DNA from: Klebsormidium nitens
Lineage: Eukaryota; Plantae; Klebsormidiophyceae
DNA: 64,000 nucleotides
Assembly (NCBI GenBank): GCA_000708835.1
Contig: DF237062.1
Span: 1 to 64,000, forward strand
Direction: 5' to 3'
Positions 23,331 through 36,900 of the stretch are shown piece after piece. How positions within the stretch are numbered: the first letter of the stretch is position 1; each line of letters starts with the position of its first letter. Below the pieces are notes generated by a model that made no database searches, was not told where the DNA came from, and saw nothing but the letters and a program-made list of their open reading frames with translations. The position numbers and the translations under genes were made by a program.

Positions 23331-25218
23331 TCATGATCCCGTCGCTTTTCTAGATCCTCTCCGGCAGACCTCCTTGTGACCCTCCTTCCAGGAATTCTTC
23401 TGGCATTCTGCGAAGAGATACAAAATTTGCGTCAATCATGAATTGACACGGCTCGAGCCCTCGAACAATCTATGAGTGGGGTGCTTACTGAATGTGCGAC
23501 GAGAATACCAACTTACATCCATCCGCATCTCAATATACTCTTGCGGCAGAAACTCTATTGACGATGCCTAAGCTATTTAATATCGCATTTAGGACCACCT
23601 GACACAAGCAAACAGTGAAGTAAAGGCATACTCGCGACGTGCCCATCCTCTTGTACCAAATGAAAAGATAGATTTATTTGAGTTAGCTAATCACAACGCG
23701 CCTGAGGGTCAGAGCATGCGCAAACTCACCGCGGCTGCAATAACAAGCAAGCTTGCATCCCGAGCAGATCTTGAACTCCTTGTAACAGGCTTCCACTCGA
23801 TCACAGCCAGCCCGTGAGCACTTTCTGCACGGCTTCTTGTCCAGGCTCTTCAGCTTTTGCAATGTCTCAGCCATCCCCTTCTCCAACGGCAGGGGCTGGA
23901 TGGGCCCGAGATACAGTTCTCTGCCTTGAGGCGGTGTCTTCCACATCGCTGTCAGCTGACGTGCCTTCTGCGTCACTTTTTCATCCTTCATTGCTACCAG
24001 CTCCAGTGCTTTCACGAGGTCAGGAGAAATACTTCCGTCAACTGGTAGTTGTAAATCAAGCAGCGCTTCGCCGCAAAAGAGACAGGACATCATTTGAGCG
24101 TACTCTCGGATAATAGGCTCCGCTTCGTGACACACCGCTAATGCTAGGAAGGGATTCCGCAAAGAGCTTTCCCTTGTTATCAGATGTGGCACCAATTCCA
24201 AAGGAGACTCGTAGCTTTCAAGGAGCCGAATCATCACTCTGCAGGCGTCGTAGATAGTTCTCGGTCTGATTCCGTGGTTCAGAAGCTCGACAACCAGCCC
24301 TAGAATGTCGTCCGACATGGCTTTGATGTCAAAGAAGCACTCCAAGGTGTCAAGCATTTTCACCGCTACATCAACAGCCCCCGCCTCTTCGACGTTTTCA
24401 AGGGCGAGCTTGACGAGACCCGATGTGAATCCAGGAAAGGATGCTACTCTCTTTGCGTGTTTTCCTTTGGTGTCGAAGAGAAAGAGAGCCCCCAGAGCTT
24501 TTAGAAGCATCTTTTTTGTCACCAGACCTGGATCGGAGTCCGGACTCGGCTGACGGCCTTCTTCTGGGAATAAGGTTTGTGCTTTCAAGAAGAGGCTGGG
24601 GAGGACTTGAAATAGATCCGGCATCTCTGCTAGCAGGTACCTGAGCGTTCGGGTATCCACTATGAGAGCCTCGATTGCTGTTGCATAGATAGAGACCCGG
24701 CTAAACACTCCAGAATCAGGTGTTCCAGTCACAGCCATCGCCTCAAAGTAGTCCTTTGCTACAAAGTACCACCGGCCGGTCTGAACTGCATCTGTGAGCC
24801 CCCTGTGGATCTCCTTCGCAAACCCGTGCGTCAGCAGGAAGATGGAAACATTTACAGCCTTGGTTCGCTCAGGTCCTCCTCGTACAAACTGCTGTAGGGT
24901 TTCTTTGAAACGCCAAACGGCAAACATCCTGCGGCCTTCATCAGTTGAGTTGACTTCGTTCAGGATCTCCTTCAGCCACGGGGAGTCTTCCGGCTTCATC
25001 AGATTAAGCGTCACTCCTATGTCGCCGCCATCTCTTCCTAGAGAGTCAAACTCAAAAGCCGGGGAAGATTCCCCACGAAACCGCGCAGGCTTGGGGGAAC
25101 CTCTGCATGAGTCATAGCCAGAAGCCGAGGAAGATTCTCCAGGAAAGCGCGCACACGGCCCGGGGGACCAGACCCGGTTTTTGTTGCATCCTCCTTCTCC
25201 AGCGTGCTTCGAATACAC
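23331..25218 (-). CDS. MYND zinc-finger protein paralog B (apparently intact) with a long helical N-terminal region
   Basis: Uninterrupted ~500-codon exon (~25218-23730) ending CSRAGCDR..KICSGCKLACYCSR, then exon 23407-23331 ECQKNSWKEGHKEVC. The true start is unresolved: the ORF begins at GTG with a TGA just upstream, so a 5' exon may exist. Confidence 0.85.
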
Positions 25219-26505
25219 GCTTCAGCCGATAAGCTGCCTGGATACGAGCCGCACCTCACCTACTTTTGTGGTGAACACACCTGTGCTCGTGTCTGCCTTG
25301 CTGCTCTTTAATGGTTGGGAAAGCAGCGGGGCGGAAATGCATGGTCAAAGCCAAGTCGAATCTGGCAGCACACCTGAAACTCGAGACCTCACACTGGAAG
25401 AATACGGATCAAATTTTGCAAACCTGAATGTCAATGCCTCACAATCCAAGTCCAAGCGATTGTCAAACCCACTCACAGAAATTGATGGCTTCAAAGTCAC
25501 GTCTGGGCTGTGGAGCTTAGAAAGCTGGTCAGACTCTGGGTTAGGCTTACACACTCAAGATGACCAAACCGGGCACCTGGGGCGCTTGCGGCGGGCGCGA
25601 GAGGCGGCTTCCGTGGCGTAGATTCATAATAAACATTACATGATCATGCTGGTGCAACATGACGAGTTTGGTGCATGTTGCAGCCCGCAAGGTCGACCAC
25701 TTAGAACCAAAAGACGACGAACTTGTGTAACCATCGTGGGTAGATATAGCCCAGGCAGGCCGCCTCATGCCATACCATGACGCTGAGGCCCTTCAGAGTA
25801 TGCGGGTCGAAGTTACGAGATGAGCTTGGCAAAGCATGCTAAGCTGCTCCGGCATGATTTAGGAGCTGCTCTCCTACATTCCGCAAACTTACATGGTCGG
25901 ATCGACACATGTGTGTGCAAGTGTTTATCAATCAGGTCATATAAGTCCACGTGCTTTGTTTATTGCAGAATGACTTGCCCAAGGAACAAAGTGATTGAGG
26001 GTTTCTTGGACTCATCCATACGAAGTACCAGCTCGGCGTGCTTAGTTCATGACATGCCAACCGGCCCATGTGATAGTGTATTGGCTGCAGCATATCCATG
26101 TCTACATATGTAAAGCAACACCTGTTTGATCGCGACACAACTGCACACGACGGTTTTCGGGAAACTTAATGTACGCTCCACGATCAGCCTGCAAGGCTGC
26201 TAAATAGATATTCGTTCCGTAGCTGCATCATTTTCATCAAGGTGTCCTTTGAAGCCTACTTGGCGGCTGGCCGTTAGCTAGTAATCTATCCGTCCACTCC
26301 TGATCATGTTTCCCGTACGCGCAGACCAATCTTCAGGGTGCAAATTTTTTGAGCTGGTCAACTGAAGCAATTCATATCCGATTGCATCCTTCGAGTCGAG
26401 TATGTCTAGGCTACCCCTTGAGTGATATTGTATTCAGACAAGAGCTCGAGCGCGTCTCCCATGAACTCGAGCTTAGTAAGCCAAACTGAGAATGATTTGC
26501 AAATA

Positions 26506-29500
26506 TCACAGGTCCGGATTCATGCTTTTCAATGTATCTAGTACTTCCTCGAAGTCGGAAGGAAGGTCTGATGTAAACAATAGCTCTTCGCCCGTCCACG
26601 GATGGACGAAGCTGCAAAACGAGGGGCAAACATCAGCGCTTAAAATCGCCGAGGTGATACATATTGACCAAGCGCAGCAACCCAACTCCAGTCCTTTCCC
26701 ACCTCCTCGTTTGGAGAGAAGCAACTTTCTCAAGCTCTCGAGGACGCTGACTGAGACGGAAGCGTACAATAGAGGCTCTGTGAATAAAGCTAGCATCCGT
26801 ATCACAGCCAAGAAAGAATTGCGATGCGCAATGAAGACCAAAAGAAACACGCATCACAATTCCCTCTCTCATATAGCTGCCAATGCATCATAATACGTCA
26901 AGCGAGGAGAAGAATCACAGAACTTGTGTCACAGTTGAGAAGCCCACTCACCCTAAAGTCTTGGCATGCAGCATCGGTCTTCTCAGCGCCGCCAGTAGCT
27001 GCTTCGCTTTCGATTGCGCTGGCGGTCCCAGCGTCCTCTGGAAAGAGTTCAACACCAGGCCGGATGTACAGCCGTAGGTCTCGTCCCCCAAAACCGGATG
27101 ACCAACGTATTTCGCGTGCACCCGAATCTGCGAGGAAAGAGGGGGTCCGATGTCAGGACCGTTTCGAGAAAACCTTGCTCGATGGCACATCCCCTTTGCA
27201 AAGGCAAAACATATCATCCGAGGTTGCAATGTCTCGACCAACGGTGACACTTCTAGTGCGCAGCTAGTCACTCAATCGCATCACACTTGATAGAAAGATG
27301 TCGTGGTCAGTGCACTCGCAAGTTCCGCATTCCCGTTCTCGAAGGTTGCTCAGTTTAGATTCTCAAAAGCTCTCTTCTCTTGGCTAGTGCATATCTCAAA
27401 GGCTCTCTTCTCTGGATCGTGCGCGGGACAAGCCGCCTCTGAGATGTTCGTCTGAAGTCCAACTCACGACAGGAGAAGGCAATCAACAGCTTTCTTCCAG
27501 ATCACTTCCAGACCCTTGTTCTGCAATCCAGGCAGATGAAAGCTCGAAGCGACAGATCCGGCTTCAAACGACGACAATCTGCTCGAAATTCCCCCACATA
27601 CCTGGTGCGTTCGACCCGTTTCTAACCGCCACTCGACCAACCCGCACGCCCCCCCGGCTAACCACTCCCTAACCCGGTACTTGCTAGCGGCGTGACGTGA
27701 CCGATTCCGACTGGCGTTGCTCAGCCCCTCGATCACGGTTTGCCGCTTTCGGTCCCGGGGGTCTCGACCGATGGGGGCGTCTATTCGCGCCATGGGAGGG
27801 TCCGGAACCCCGCACAGTATCGACAGGTAGGATCGCTTGACCGTTCGATCCTGAAAGAGACAAATCACTTCTTTTCGCGATCAAAGAGCGCTTTTCAACA
27901 TGTTTCGTGAGTGACGTACAGCGCTCTTTGAGAGCGCTCTCGTAAGTATGTTGATTGTAAAACCCGCTCCTTCAGCTTCTGCCCTTAGCGCACACAAACG
28001 ACCTCAACATGCTTCGGCCTTATCATCGTCAACACCGGGCAGGCAACGATTCGATGTGCTTGACTTGCTGACCTTGTCAAAATCTTTCCCTCACAATCTT
28101 CAGTTCAGTCAAGTGGTGCGCAGACTGACTGCGCCACCATACGGCAACGCAATGGCCCCTCACCACAGTCGTCTTTGATTCAGTCGGAGGCCCCTCCTTG
28201 AGGTCCAAACCGAGTACTTAGCCCACTTGCCACCGTTACATGACCTCGCTGTGTCAGCGAGAGCAAAGTTGCGACCGCAGCTACGCCGAAAGTCTCCTAA
28301 GTTGTTTTTCGCCATTCCCAATCCTTTCAATCCTCGCCACCTTCCTCAAGCCAATGCAGAGACCCGACGCCTCACCTTGATGCGCTTGCTTCCTCCCAAC
28401 ATTTGCAGCTGAAGTTAACGGGGAAGCATCGTTGCATTTGCTCCTGGAAATTTGAGGGCTGCTTATATTCGCCCGAGACCCCCCGACTGATGGCACCCTT
28501 CGATCACCTTACTACAAGAAAGTGATGATGAAGATAAAAAACGCCTCGCGGCTCAGTCGACGCCTCACCTTGAACTGCTTACTCAGCCCCTTCAAACTCC
28601 GCTCGTCCTTGGCCACCACGAGCAGCCCGCTGGTGCCCTTATCCAACCGGTGCACAATGCCGGGACGCACGTGAGGAGCGGCGCCCCCACTGGAGCCAGA
28701 AGCGGAGGTGCTTGTCGCCGCCGCATTGGTTCCGGTGTCGTCGAGCTCAACATCTTCGTCCAACTCATCCGAGTACTCGTCTGCAGGAGAGGGTGTGTTG
28801 ATAGGGGTATGGCACGGGTTCGCGCCATGGTATTTGAAAACCTGGCCACGGACTTTGCCTAGATCAGATTGCAACTGATCAGAAAATCTGAACTCGTTGA
28901 CTCTGTACATGAGAAGTGTGCAACTTCATGTTGCAACCAAGTTTAGTCAAATCGCTAAGATCTACTATGCTGCCTGTAGAGTCTCAGACATTTCGTGTAC
29001 TCCAGCTCCGAGCTTGCAGCTAACTCACAATTCATCATCGATTTCTTCTCAGATTTAGAAGGTAACCCAGCCTTCCGCGAGCAAATGTATCAACCAGATG
29101 AGCCAGACTAACCTGCTTCAGATAGCACCGCTGTCGGGAGGTCGCAGTGGAAGAGAAGTGCGTTGACGAGCGTGCCCGAGCTGTGCCCCGCAGCAGGATG
29201 GACTACCATGTCGGCCCGCTTGTTTATCACGACCACGTGGTCGTCTTCGTACACAATGTCGAGCGGAATGTCCTGAAGAAGGTCAATTATGAGACTTCTG
29301 CTTGATACCCTTGTGAGACTTCTCCTTTACAAAGTGTGTCTCTACAAGATTGGATGGATGGAGGATTGTTCCATATACATCCGGAGAAGACTGGCCAGAA
29401 GGGGGTGAAGAGAGACAAAGCAAATACCCTGTCAAATCCCATTTCGTATGCTGGGTTGCAATTCGGGTACAGTAAATATGCTACCAGACAGTTTTGATTG

Positions 29501-30379
29501 CGTATTTGAGGAACCAACTCTTGAATTCTACCAATCAGCTTGACAATCTGCAATTGAAAGGATAATGGGGCGGTGGCCTGTACCTCGGGTATAGCATCAC
29601 TTGGTGGGGGAGGGGGCAGTGAGCACCTGACAAACTCACCCCCCCGAAGCAGGAGGGACGGCTTGAGCTGGGGCTGCCCATCAACAAGCACAAAACCACT
29701 TTTGATGCTTGTCTGAATCTTGGACCGGCTGGCCTGTAGACATTCAAGGATAACAAGTCTCAGAAGAGCGCACAGTGAACATGAGATCTGGATGAGCCTC
29801 TAGCTTTCAAAGCAGCCAAATTGCTGCAGATATCAAAAAGCTCAGCGTTATGCGCAACTCGTTCTACATGAATGAGCCAGTCTGGATTCAGCATTCGAGG
29901 AGGCGTCAACTATTTGCAAAATCAGCACTTATTCTTGTAGCCCTTGCTCCTCTCCAGCAGAAGACACGCACCTGTGGTAGATTCGCCACCAGAAACGCAT
30001 CCAGCCGCTCTCCTTTCATTTGCGAGGAAACCTCCCCCTCATAATCTGGTTCCAGTCCCTTCACCAAGCTGGCGGCTTGACTGGCCGCTCCTTGTGCTCT
30101 GGGAGTTTGTGTCAAAGTTCTTGCAAAGCACGTCACAGCGCTGACTCGAGAAGTTCTTTGCCTATGTCTTGCACTGCTTGCAACCTTCTCACCCATCAAC
30201 GTACCACCAAGCAGAAAGGGGATTTGGTCACAATCAGTGAAGCCCCTTTTGCCAAAGATGTTCTGGGCCAGCGATGCAGCGATCGATGAGCGTTGTGCCC
30301 TTCGGCAATTGACAAGCGACTGTGTCAATGTTGCTGGGGCTAAACTCTGGCCAGCCAAAACAGCCCTCCGCAGAGCCAT
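26506..30379 (-). CDS. RluA/RluD-family RNA pseudouridine synthase with S4 domain, organelle-targeted
   Basis: Exons 30379-29972 (ERLDAFL), 29733-29584, 29272-29113 ([30 protein letters not shown]), 28780-28569 ([20 protein letters not shown], catalytic Asp), 27850-27602 (RLETGRTHQ), 27127-26952 ([26 protein letters not shown]), 26611-26506 (FVHPWTGE). Confidence 0.95.
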
Positions 30380-30929
30380 TGGCTTCGCTGTTCTTCCTGA
30401 GGTTACAAGGGCATAAGCTATCGTTAAGAGCACAGTTGTCTATGCTGCAAACGTGAATGTGGCAGTGAAGAAAACAAAACCTGCAGGTGTCCCTTCAAAT
30501 GGTGGTGTAGCTAAGGCCGGTGGCTGTGTGATCTTGGTTGAAAGGGATAGCGGACACCTTTCAATCAAGCTAAGTAGATGATGGTAATGATATTTTATCA
30601 GCAGGGTTGGAAGAGGTTGAGCGTGCCTGACTAGTGCGACCATTTTCTTTGAGCGCGACAGGATCTTCAGGAGTTCAACTTCAGAAAGGCTGCGTGCTGC
30701 TTGCTCTAGAATCAAGTACTTTCTCTGCTGGCTGTCCGAATATCCGCAGCAAAAAGTTCGAGACTCCAACGGCAAAGGGTGAATAGCCGGCGGCTTTGCC
30801 GTTTTCTGAGCATGACACAGGCGAAAACATGCCAGGCTGCAACAGGGCGACAAGCGGTTCTCTTAGTTTCTCCCCTTCAAATGTCACAAATTATCTTAGA
30901 AAATTGTAATTATCTGTATTTATTGGGAG

Positions 30930-33900
30930 GGACGCGAAGAGCAGCCAATTACGACGACGGCCCATCTGTGCGGCCACAGCATTTTGCTCAAGCGCACTCT
31001 GGAGAAGGCAGAAGCCTCAGACTCAGAGAAGGCGGCAAAACAATCTGCTGAAGTCAGCACAAGTCCACAGACAGCCAGCGGACTTCTACAATTTATCTTC
31101 CGCCGACGTGGCGGAGTCGGCAAATGGGTAGCTTGTATTGCCCATGTCTTTTATGTGCGGTTGTGGCTTTCGCTGCTGACGTGTTCTTTCTGTAGTCAGA
31201 GGTTGAGATGGCAAAAGAGGCAGAGCAGGACGATCCCTCACCTTCTTCCATCTCAAGTGTTCTTACATTGCCCGTTGACATTGTTGTGAGAAGGTGAGAG
31301 ATTGCAATGGATCAGACAAATTGCTGCAATCAAGCCCCTGGCTGTCAAAACGAAAATCATCTGACAAGGCGCACAGAAGGCATGCAATGCAAACGATGAT
31401 CTCTGGAAGCAGTGGGTTGCGAAGCAGCACAGCTTGCTCTTGGAAGACGTCGCTGCCGCAGTGCTTATGCCCCTGCAGTCAAATTTGCCCCGTTTGTTGC
31501 AGGCCCAATAATTGCACTTGCAACTTGTTTTGGTTTTCATTTAAACTCGACTGTTCATTCTGTTGCCCGAAACTAGTCATAAACTCCCAAATCACCTCTT
31601 ATCGGCAGGGTGCGCAACGTGCGAGAAGCAGAGCTCCTTCTCCAAGTCTCTTCCACCGCCAGCAACTTTGAGTCCGCCGTCTCTGTCTACGAGGTCCTGG
31701 CCCTGAAAATTGAGGAACTGAAGGAGGGATGGGATGCCTTGTGGCTCAGCGACGAGGCGTTCTTGAACCCTGGCATACCCCTCGTTGGTGAGGAAACATT
31801 GCGCTTTATACCTGTACATGATTATTCATGGGGCTTCATTTTATTTGAGGGCTGGAATTTGATCGAAGAAGATCCTGAATCTGATTTGTTCCTGAGTTGG
31901 GTGGGTGCCACTTCTCACTTCTCCCTCAAGGGTGTGTTGATGTTTGCTAGGCGGTTCTGTCATCTACCAAGCGATGGACATTTATGCGCCCTTTGTATGC
32001 CCCCTCTGGTCGTCCTTATTATCAATCCGACTAACCTGAAACCGGATTACTCGATATGCGCAGCGATCCCTTGTCATGGCTCTAGCCAGTTCACAGCAAA
32101 CGGCGGTCGGTTTTTGACACCACCCTCTCTCTATTCCAATCCACCAGAGCTTTCGGATCATATGACTTGCAGATATATGAAAAGTAGGTCCTCTCAAGCT
32201 CGGCGGTATGACCAAATATTAGCTGCTTAACCAGCTTTCTGACTTTTAACACTTTCTAAACACTTTCTAACCACTTTCTAACCTGCTTAAAGTGCAGGCC
32301 AAGCCATGTCTCAACAAAACGCCGCACGGGGCCATGTAATCCAGCAGATCGAGGACCTGGTCGCAACCCTTCAGCAGCAAGCGACGGCGCTCGTTCAGTT
32401 TGCGGACATGCACCGGAGCTACGCCCGCGAACTCAGCGCAGAGGGGCTCGGCAAGCTGGCTGCGGAGAAGCTCCTGCTGTAAGTTTGTATGTCCGCATTT
32501 CCTGTCAAAGCCGTACGAAAATTTGGCTAAGTGTTTCGAGTTGTTGGTTCGGTTCCCAAGCTCCGTTTGTCGTCCACCATCTTGGCAAGGCCAGAGTGCT
32601 TGGCTTATCATCATACTTCCATCTTACGTACCGTCCTTCTGCTGGGATCGAAAAGCTCAGACTTCGTCCTGGTCAAGAGTACCGACTCATACCGATTCTG
32701 GATTTAAATTCAAGTCCGTAATCGTCATAGTAATTGTGATCAACCCGTTTCGATTAAAATCTCTCTCAGTGACACCGAATTTCAACCGCATCCCATCCGC
32801 CCTCTTTCAGGTGCGACATCGAGCAGGAGCTATCGGCACGAATTACCCGCATCTGCGGCGGAGGTGGGCTGGCCGGCCTGCGCCCACTTTGTGACGTCGT
32901 CCAACAGATGAAAGCCTCACTTCTTACCTCCCCAAAGCCGAACCCCCGGCCAGCAGAGCGAACCGGTGCTGAAGAGCGCCGGAGCGGAGTAGAGCCTGGC
33001 GGTCACGCCGTCGGCTTGACGGCAGTGGGAACGGAACGGGACGGTTTTGCAGGCGAGACGGTCGAAAGGGAAACGGGAACGGAAACGGAGAAGGCCGGGA
33101 TTCGGGGCAGGAACGAGTTGCTAGTGGATGGCGTAGAGAGGATGTCCCGAGGAGAGGAAGCAGGGATTGCGGTCAGGGAAGAGACCCAGGAAGATAACGC
33201 AATGGAACAGGCTGAGAATGAGTCGACTCCTGTGGGAGTGGCAGAAAAACCAGTGGGGTTGAGCGATGAGTTGCACGCAGAGAAGGCCGGCGCAGGCAGC
33301 CGGAACGGGTTGGCTGAGAAAGGAACAGATGAGACGGACAGGCTGGAACTAGGTGTGGGTTCGAGGAAGCGTTTGAGAGAAGATGACGCTGAGGGTAAAA
33401 GGGAGCAGGAGCAATTATCACTTGGTATCGAGAAGTCGGGTCTTTCAAAGCGGTTGAGGGGGAATGACGTCGGTGCCGGCTATGAAGACGATCCGCGGAT
33501 CGGTGCCGGGGCGGGGCAAGCCAGCCCCGGGCGTCGAGCGGAACATCCGATTGGTGACGGGCAGATTACGGGGACATTGGAACAAGAGCTGACCCGGCCG
33601 GGCCCCTTCTCGCCTAACCTGGCGGCGTCGTTTCAGCTGGAGGAGAGACCGGAAGGAGAAGCGCCGGAACAGGAGAGACCGGAGGAGGAGAAAATGGAGC
33701 AGGAGAATGCGGAAACGAAGGGATCGGAAGAGGAGAGACCGGAAGGAGACAGACCCGGAGAGAAGAGAGCGGGGCGAGGAAGATCGGAAGAGGAGAGACC
33801 GGAAGTTAGACCTGAAGGGAAAAGACCGGAAGAGGAGAGACCGGAAGATAGACCGGAAGGCAAAAGACTGGAAGAGGAGAGACCGGAAGAGGAGAGACTG

Positions 33901-36900
33901 GAAGCGAACGGACCGGAAGAGGAGTGGCCTGATGAGAGTGGCTCGAAGGAGGCGCCTGGCAGCGACGAGATTGACTGGGGAAAGGTGCGAAACCGAAGGG
34001 GGGGCAGTCAGGGTGACGCGAGCGCTCCCGCTGCTTCCGCGGAGGAAGGCTCTAGGGGGGCGGAAAGTGGGGACGAAAGGCTCGGCTCAGAGACGGAGCA
34101 ACGACGAGAGCAGGTAACGTGTTGACCTTGATCTTACATGCTTTGTGGATTTGCCCACCGCGGCTTGCAAGCCCGTGGTCAAGAGGGAAGTACGGTTTGT
34201 TACTTGACGGTTAGCCAGCTGGTATGGCGGGCGGGTGTGACCATCGCGACGGCATCGCTTTCGAAGATTAATGCCGTTAAATCTGCCTCTTCATTCTCCT
34301 ACGTTATAACAATACGTTCGTGGTTAAACATCACACCGTATCCTCTGGGCTTTCAAAGTGATGTAGGAAGTTCATGGTGGAACCTCGTAGCTGCAACACT
34401 TCGCATCGCTACAGTTGTGTGTCCCTTTCTGTTATACTTGCTGCTGGCGACCCGGATGGTTGTGTTGCACGGCCCGTCTCGTTGAGTCTGCTTCCACTAA
34501 CTGCATCCCTTCCTCTTCCGTGCGGCATCCATGGAGATCATCAGAGCTTTCATTCAACACTAAACTCTCACCTCCGCTTCGCGCCTCGACCCAGAAAGCC
34601 TCGGGAGCTCCGACCTAAAATCCTTCATAGTCTGAAATTTTGGTTTGCAGGATGCCTCCATCTCGTCGCGAGAACGCCAGCTGCTGACCGATGAGAAGCT
34701 CACCCCGGGCTCGAGTTCCGTCTCCCGGGGCATGTTTCACGCCACCCAGTCGCCCCCCAGCAGCGGAAAGGGAGCCGGAGACACCCCTCCAAGCAGCGGG
34801 AAAACTCCCAAAAACACTCCTCTCAGCAGCGGAAAAAGATTCGGAAATCCCTCCCCAGGCAGCGAAGAAGGACTCGGGAACATTCCCCCCGCCTCAAGTC
34901 CCGTTCCTCAGGGCAGCCTTCGTTTTACTCAGTCGCCTTCGAAGAAAGTGCCCGGTGATTCACCCCTGGGCAGCAGTGGCGGCCTTGCGGGCGTCGACGA
35001 GCGGTCTTTGACAGGTCGGGGCACTTTCCAAAGAAAGCTGGACGGTTTTGTAACGCTAGACGGTGGTCTCCAGCGGAGGTCATACCCGACGACTGTCGTT
35101 ATCGGACCGCGCGCAATGCAGCCTCCAAACATTTTGCCGACCTCACATCACGCCAGCGCTGAATTCAGCTTCGACCGAGAAGCGGGCGAAGGACCCGATC
35201 CTCGCTCTGGTTTAGAGAAAGAGGAGAGGACCCTTGAAAGTTCCTCGCATCAGGACCCGGTGAAGTCTGGACAAGTGGCGTCCCAGGAAGCAACGCCCCC
35301 GGAGCACTCCCCCGGTAGTCAGACCCAGTCTCTCTTCCAGAGCCAGGCAGAGCAGGCGGGGAGCCAGCGGACACCCGGTTCAAAGCTCTCGCCCGGAAAG
35401 AGCGGCGGAAATGACGGGCATCACGGGAGTCCTCCGAGCAATCTCGCCTTTCAGCTGCGGCTCTCCGGTTCGTCTTCGTCACCGTCAAAGTCGCCCGGGT
35501 CGGAAAAGCTGAGCCAAACCGGGGGCGGGTTGTTGTTTGAGAACGGGTTGCGAAAACAGAGTCGGGTTATGGCTCACAGCGAAAGCGGGCGTGCGGTTCT
35601 CGAGGGCGGAACGACGGAACTGGAGGCCGGAACGGAGACGCTAAACCAAGGTTTGGGTGCCTTGGGAGTCGAGTTACGGAGCCAAAGTGAACGCGCGAGT
35701 TGGCGAATTGCTACCTTCAGCCAGAGCGGGGGTTCACTTCTGGAGGGCGGAACAACGGAACTAGAGGGCGGAAGTGGAAGGACGGAGGGTGAAGTAGCGA
35801 GAGTTGCGGGCGAAACGGTGGAATTGGCGGGCGGAACGGCGGGGGGGCCGGAAGACGGAAAAGGGGTCTGGGAAGGCGGAACGGCGCAAGTAGAGAGCGG
35901 AATAGCAGGACTGCAAAGTAAAAGTATGGCAGCAGAGGGCGGGTCTGCAGAAATCGAGGACGGAATGACGGAAAGGGAGCGCGGAATAACGGAGATGCCG
36001 TCGTTTGCAGCCGATGGAGCCGCAAGAGCTGCTTCTGCTGAGCACAACTTGCTGTTCGAAACCAGGCACGCACACGTCGGAAGGGGTCTTGAATTGACGG
36101 AGGGGTTTGTGTCGCGTGCCCTTAATAACGGTGACAGGCCAGCAGTAGAGAAGTCCGGCGGGCCGGAAGCTCTGCGCACGGGAGAGCGGATCAGCGGAGC
36201 GCTGTCTCGTGGGCGGAACGTCACAGCGGAGCGGAAGACGCACGATTTTGACGAAGATGCCGCGAACGCGGGTAAGAAAGAAGGAGCGCTTTCATTAGCC
36301 GTGGCAGCAAATAAACGGCCTCCAAGCTACGCAGGAGTACGCGCCTGCGAGCCGGAGTGGCGGGAAACGGCGTCCGCTGCTCGTGGAAAGCCGTCCAACC
36401 AGAGCCACTCGTTGCCGGGCGGCAAAGCGCAGGCTGACGCGGTCTGTACCGCCGCTGTGCCTGATTCTGAAGAGGGGGGCAGCCAATCCAGCGGGAGGGG
36501 CGTCGATCCGGGGGCAACGCCACCCCCCTCCAGCAAGAGTTGCTCGCGTGACGACTTGCCGGAACGGGGCGGGGAGTTGCTGCCGAAGGAAGGAACTTCA
36601 ACTGGGGCTGACCGGTTGATGTACAACCGGGCAAGCGCTGCTGTTGGCATAGGAAGGGAAGCGAATTCAGGAGATGGTGCCGAAACGGCATCGGAGTCGG
36701 GTGAAACGGAACTAGTGCCAGAAACTGAGGAGACGGAGGAAGAAACCGAGGAGCAGGGGTGCGGTCAGGAGAAGGCGTCTCTTGGCCGCGAACCCGCTCT
36801 TACGGCGTCGCCCTGCCGGGCGTCTGAGTCGCCGGGGATGTCGGGATCTCAGCCCCTCTCTCAATCGCAGGTGTTTTGACTTGGTAAAGGTCTGCTCAAG

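Noticed and set aside
32267-32614. Plausible-looking minus-strand ORF (LRSQLAEPLCAEF..)
   Set aside because: It is the antisense shadow of plus-strand exon 32298-32479, which has proper splice sites and phase.
33173-36691. Many long overlapping antisense and alternate-frame ORFs
   Set aside because: These are by-products of GC-rich, low-complexity coding exons.
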